A stretch of DNA of 64,000 bases from Candidatus Sulfopaludibacter sp. (lineage in GTDB: Bacteria > Verrucomicrobiota > Verrucomicrobiia > Limisphaerales > UBA11358): NCBI GenBank assembly GCA_035508155.1, contig DATJNM010000060.1:40542-104541 (forward strand). The letters run 5' to 3'. Below the pieces are notes generated by a model. The model ran no database searches. It was not told where the DNA came from and saw only the letters and a program-made list of their open reading frames with translations. A program made the position numbers and the translations under genes. How positions within the stretch are numbered: the first letter of the stretch is position 1; every line of letters starts with the position of its first letter. Shown here piece after piece: positions 62,515-64,000 of this stretch.

Positions 62515-63729
62515 ATGGATTCGACCAGGCTTAAAAACTTTTCGCAGCGCATCCGCGATCTTTTGTTCGATCATCTCATGCCATTCTGGTGCGGGCCGGC
62601 GGTGGACCACGAGCAGGGTGGCTGGATGGGCTGGCTGTCCAACGACCTGAGGCCGGACCGGACCCAGCCCAAGGGGCTGATTGTCAACAGCCGCCTCCTT
62701 TGGGCTTTCTCGGCGGTTCACCAGGCGCGACCGGACAAACTTTTCCGGCAAATGGCCGACCGGGCGTTTGATTACGTGATGAACCGGTTCTGGGACAGCC
62801 GACACGGTGGCGCCTTCTGGCGGTTGGACGACACCGGGCGCGTCGTCCTGGATGATTCCAAGAAGACGTACGGCCAGGCGTTTTATATTTACGCCCTTTC
62901 GGAATATCACCGGGCCTTTGGCGGGTTGCCCGCGTTGACCCGCGCCCGGGAGCATTTTGAACTGATGGAACGGCACACGCACGACGGCAAATTCGGCGGT
63001 TATCTGGAAGTGCGCCGTCGCGATTGGTCGGAGGCTGACGCCGAGGCCCGGCTCAGCGACAAGGACATGAACGAGAAGAAGTCCATGAACAATCACCTTC
63101 ACGTTCTGGAGGCGTACACCAATCTTTACCGGGTCTGGAAGGAACCGCGCGTGGCCCAACGGTTGCGCGAGCTCATCCGGTTGTTTGAAGAGCGCATCCT
63201 CGATGCCCGCACAAAGCATTTGAACCACTTTTTCGACGAGGAATGGCGTGTGCGCTCGGATTCCTACACGTTCGGCCATGACATTGAAGCCACCTGGCTG
63301 CTTGGCGAAGCCGCCGAAGTTCTGGGCGACACCGGTTTGCGGAAGCAGGTGGAGCAAGTTTCGCTGCCGATGGCGGAGGTTGTCCTGAAGGAAGGAATTG
63401 ATGCCGACGGCGCGCTGCGTTACGAGGGCCGGGGAGGGAAAGTCATTGACGGCGGCAAGGAATGCTGGCCGCAAGCCGAGGCCGTCATCGGTTTTCTGAA
63501 CGCGTATCAAATCTCCCGCGACGAAAAGTATCTCAACGCTGCGTTGAGCGTCTGGGATTTCATTGAAAACCATCTGGTGGACCGCGTCCATGGCGACTGG
63601 TTCTGGCGCATCACGCCGGAAGGGAAGGTGGATGCCACCCTGCCGAAGGTCAGCGAATGGAAAGGCCCCTATCACGCGTCCCGGATGTGCCTGGAAACGC
63701 TCCATCGTTTGCGCACTCTCGGAGTTTAA
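62515..63729 (+). CDS. AGE-family epimerase/isomerase (N-acylglucosamine 2-epimerase / cellobiose-mannobiose 2-epimerase-like)
   Basis: About 400 aa (alpha/alpha)6-type sequence: HLMPFWCGPAVDHEQGGW, VNSRLLWAFS, KKTYGQAFYIYALSEY, NNHLHVLEAYTNLY, GHDIEATWLL, ECWPQAEAVIGF. TTG 62506 is an alternative start. Confidence 0.82.
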   Translation: MDSTRLKNFSQRIRDLLFDHLMPFWCGPAVDHEQGGWMGWLSNDLRPDRTQPKGLIVNSRLLWAFSAVHQARPDKLFRQMADRAFDYVMNRFWDSRHGGAFWRLDDTGRVVLDDSKKTYGQAFYIYALSEYHRAFGGLPALTRAREHFELMERHTHDGKFGGYLEVRRRDWSEADAEARLSDKDMNEKKSMNNHLHVLEAYTNLYRVWKEPRVAQRLRELIRLFEERILDARTKHLNHFFDEEWRVRSDSYTFGHDIEATWLLGEAAEVLGDTGLRKQVEQVSLPMAEVVLKEGIDADGALRYEGRGGKVIDGGKECWPQAEAVIGFLNAYQISRDEKYLNAALSVWDFIENHLVDRVHGDWFWRITPEGKVDATLPKVSEWKGPYHASRMCLETLHRLRTLGV

Positions 63730-63775
63730 CCGTTTTTTTCTCGAACGCCGATATCGGCGGGAGCAACATGGCCCC

Positions 63776-64000
63776 ATGCAAACCCAAGTCCTGTCTTTTC
63801 TGCAAAGGCGAAGTTCTGCCGGTCCGAAGCTTATTTTGGCAACCGGGTTTTTGCTTTGCACCGCGTTTGCCGGTTCCGCCGCCGAAACCATCGGCGTTTT
63901 CAATGTGCGGGATTACGGCGCGAGGGGTGACGGAACCAACGACGACACGGCCGCCGTTCAGAGGGCGATTGATGCCTGCGGCGCGCAGGGCGGCGGACAG
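63776..64000 (+). CDS. 5' fragment (truncated by window end) of a secreted pectate-lyase-fold / GH28-like beta-helix protein
   Basis: Not in the ORF track because there is no stop in the window. ATG 63776 gives MQTQVLSFLQRRSSAGPKLILATGFLLCTAFAGSAAETIGVFNVRDYGARGDGTNDDTAAVQRAIDACGAQGGGQ. The YGA-x-GDG-x-x-DDT-x-A-x-Q-x-AI motif is typical of this fold's N-terminus. Confidence 0.75.
   Translation, partial: MQTQVLSFLQRRSSAGPKLILATGFLLCTAFAGSAAETIGVFNVRDYGARGDGTNDDTAAVQRAIDACGAQGGGQ

Noticed and set aside
1-64000. Scan for tRNA, rRNA, transposase, integrase, toxin-antitoxin, restriction-modification or other defence genes.
   Set aside because: No T-loop/acceptor-like tRNA signatures, rRNA-like stretches or recognisable mobile or defence protein motifs were seen in any frame. 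The window appears to be core metabolic/CAZyme chromosome.

Overview
This is a high-GC chromosomal segment (mid to upper 50s % by eye). I see no rRNA, tRNA, CRISPR, transposase, integrase or phage genes. The gene content includes autotransporter-associated beta-strand (PATR) repeats, PEP-CTERM tails, prepilin-type H-X9-DG proteins, many glycoside hydrolases and a Y_Y_Y propeller sensor kinase. By inference this points to a Verrucomicrobiota/PVC-type polysaccharide degrader. Modules in order: (1) 0-5.2 kb: two tandem paralogous secreted PATR proteins (the first is cut by the window edge) and an SGNH esterase. (2) 5.3-14.6 kb: an eight-gene, tightly coupled minus-strand operon for non-phosphorylative L-fucose catabolism (GH29 fucosidase, SSS transporter, mutarotase, two SDRs, L-fuconate dehydratase, lactonase, FAH hydrolase) with a divergent AraC regulator. 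(3) 14.6-19.0 kb: a decayed receiver-domain remnant, then an envelope thiol/metal redox cluster (Met-rich PRX-like protein, DUF1223, TlpA, ABM monooxygenase, ECF sigma and putative anti-sigma). (4) 19.5-27.0 kb: an osmolyte block (trehalase, MscS, a fused otsA-otsB gene broken by two 1-nt deletions, ClC channel). (5) 27.4-30.6 kb: a HAF-like-repeat PEP-CTERM protein and a GH127-like enzyme. (6) 30.7-46.6 kb is the most unusual part. It holds a Y_Y_Y sensor kinase and NarL-type regulator followed by a glycan-utilisation locus: two prepilin-like H-X9-DG proteins, a clan GH-D-like enzyme, a GH13 amylase, a protein with four CBM20/48-like modules, a PEP-CTERM protein and a beta-helix glycosidase. 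Its four transcription units are each preceded by the same 24-nt element plus a -10-like box. (7) 46.7-52.2 kb: GH2 and a hybrid histidine kinase. (8) 52.8-58.4 kb: a PaoABC-like periplasmic molybdoenzyme operon with XdhC, MocA and a small Cys-rich ORF. (9) 58.9-64.0 kb: FucP/GluP-type MFS transporter, GH5, AGE-family epimerase and a window-truncated beta-helix glycosidase. Other sequence-level observations: a dispersed family of GTGAC-heptad palindromic elements (one in frame inside xdhC), and a shared C-terminal tail on four secreted proteins. Several ORF-track entries are over-extended at the N-terminus, and I trimmed them to starts that give plausible signal peptides or tight gene junctions. 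All family assignments come from reading motifs by eye, not from database searches.
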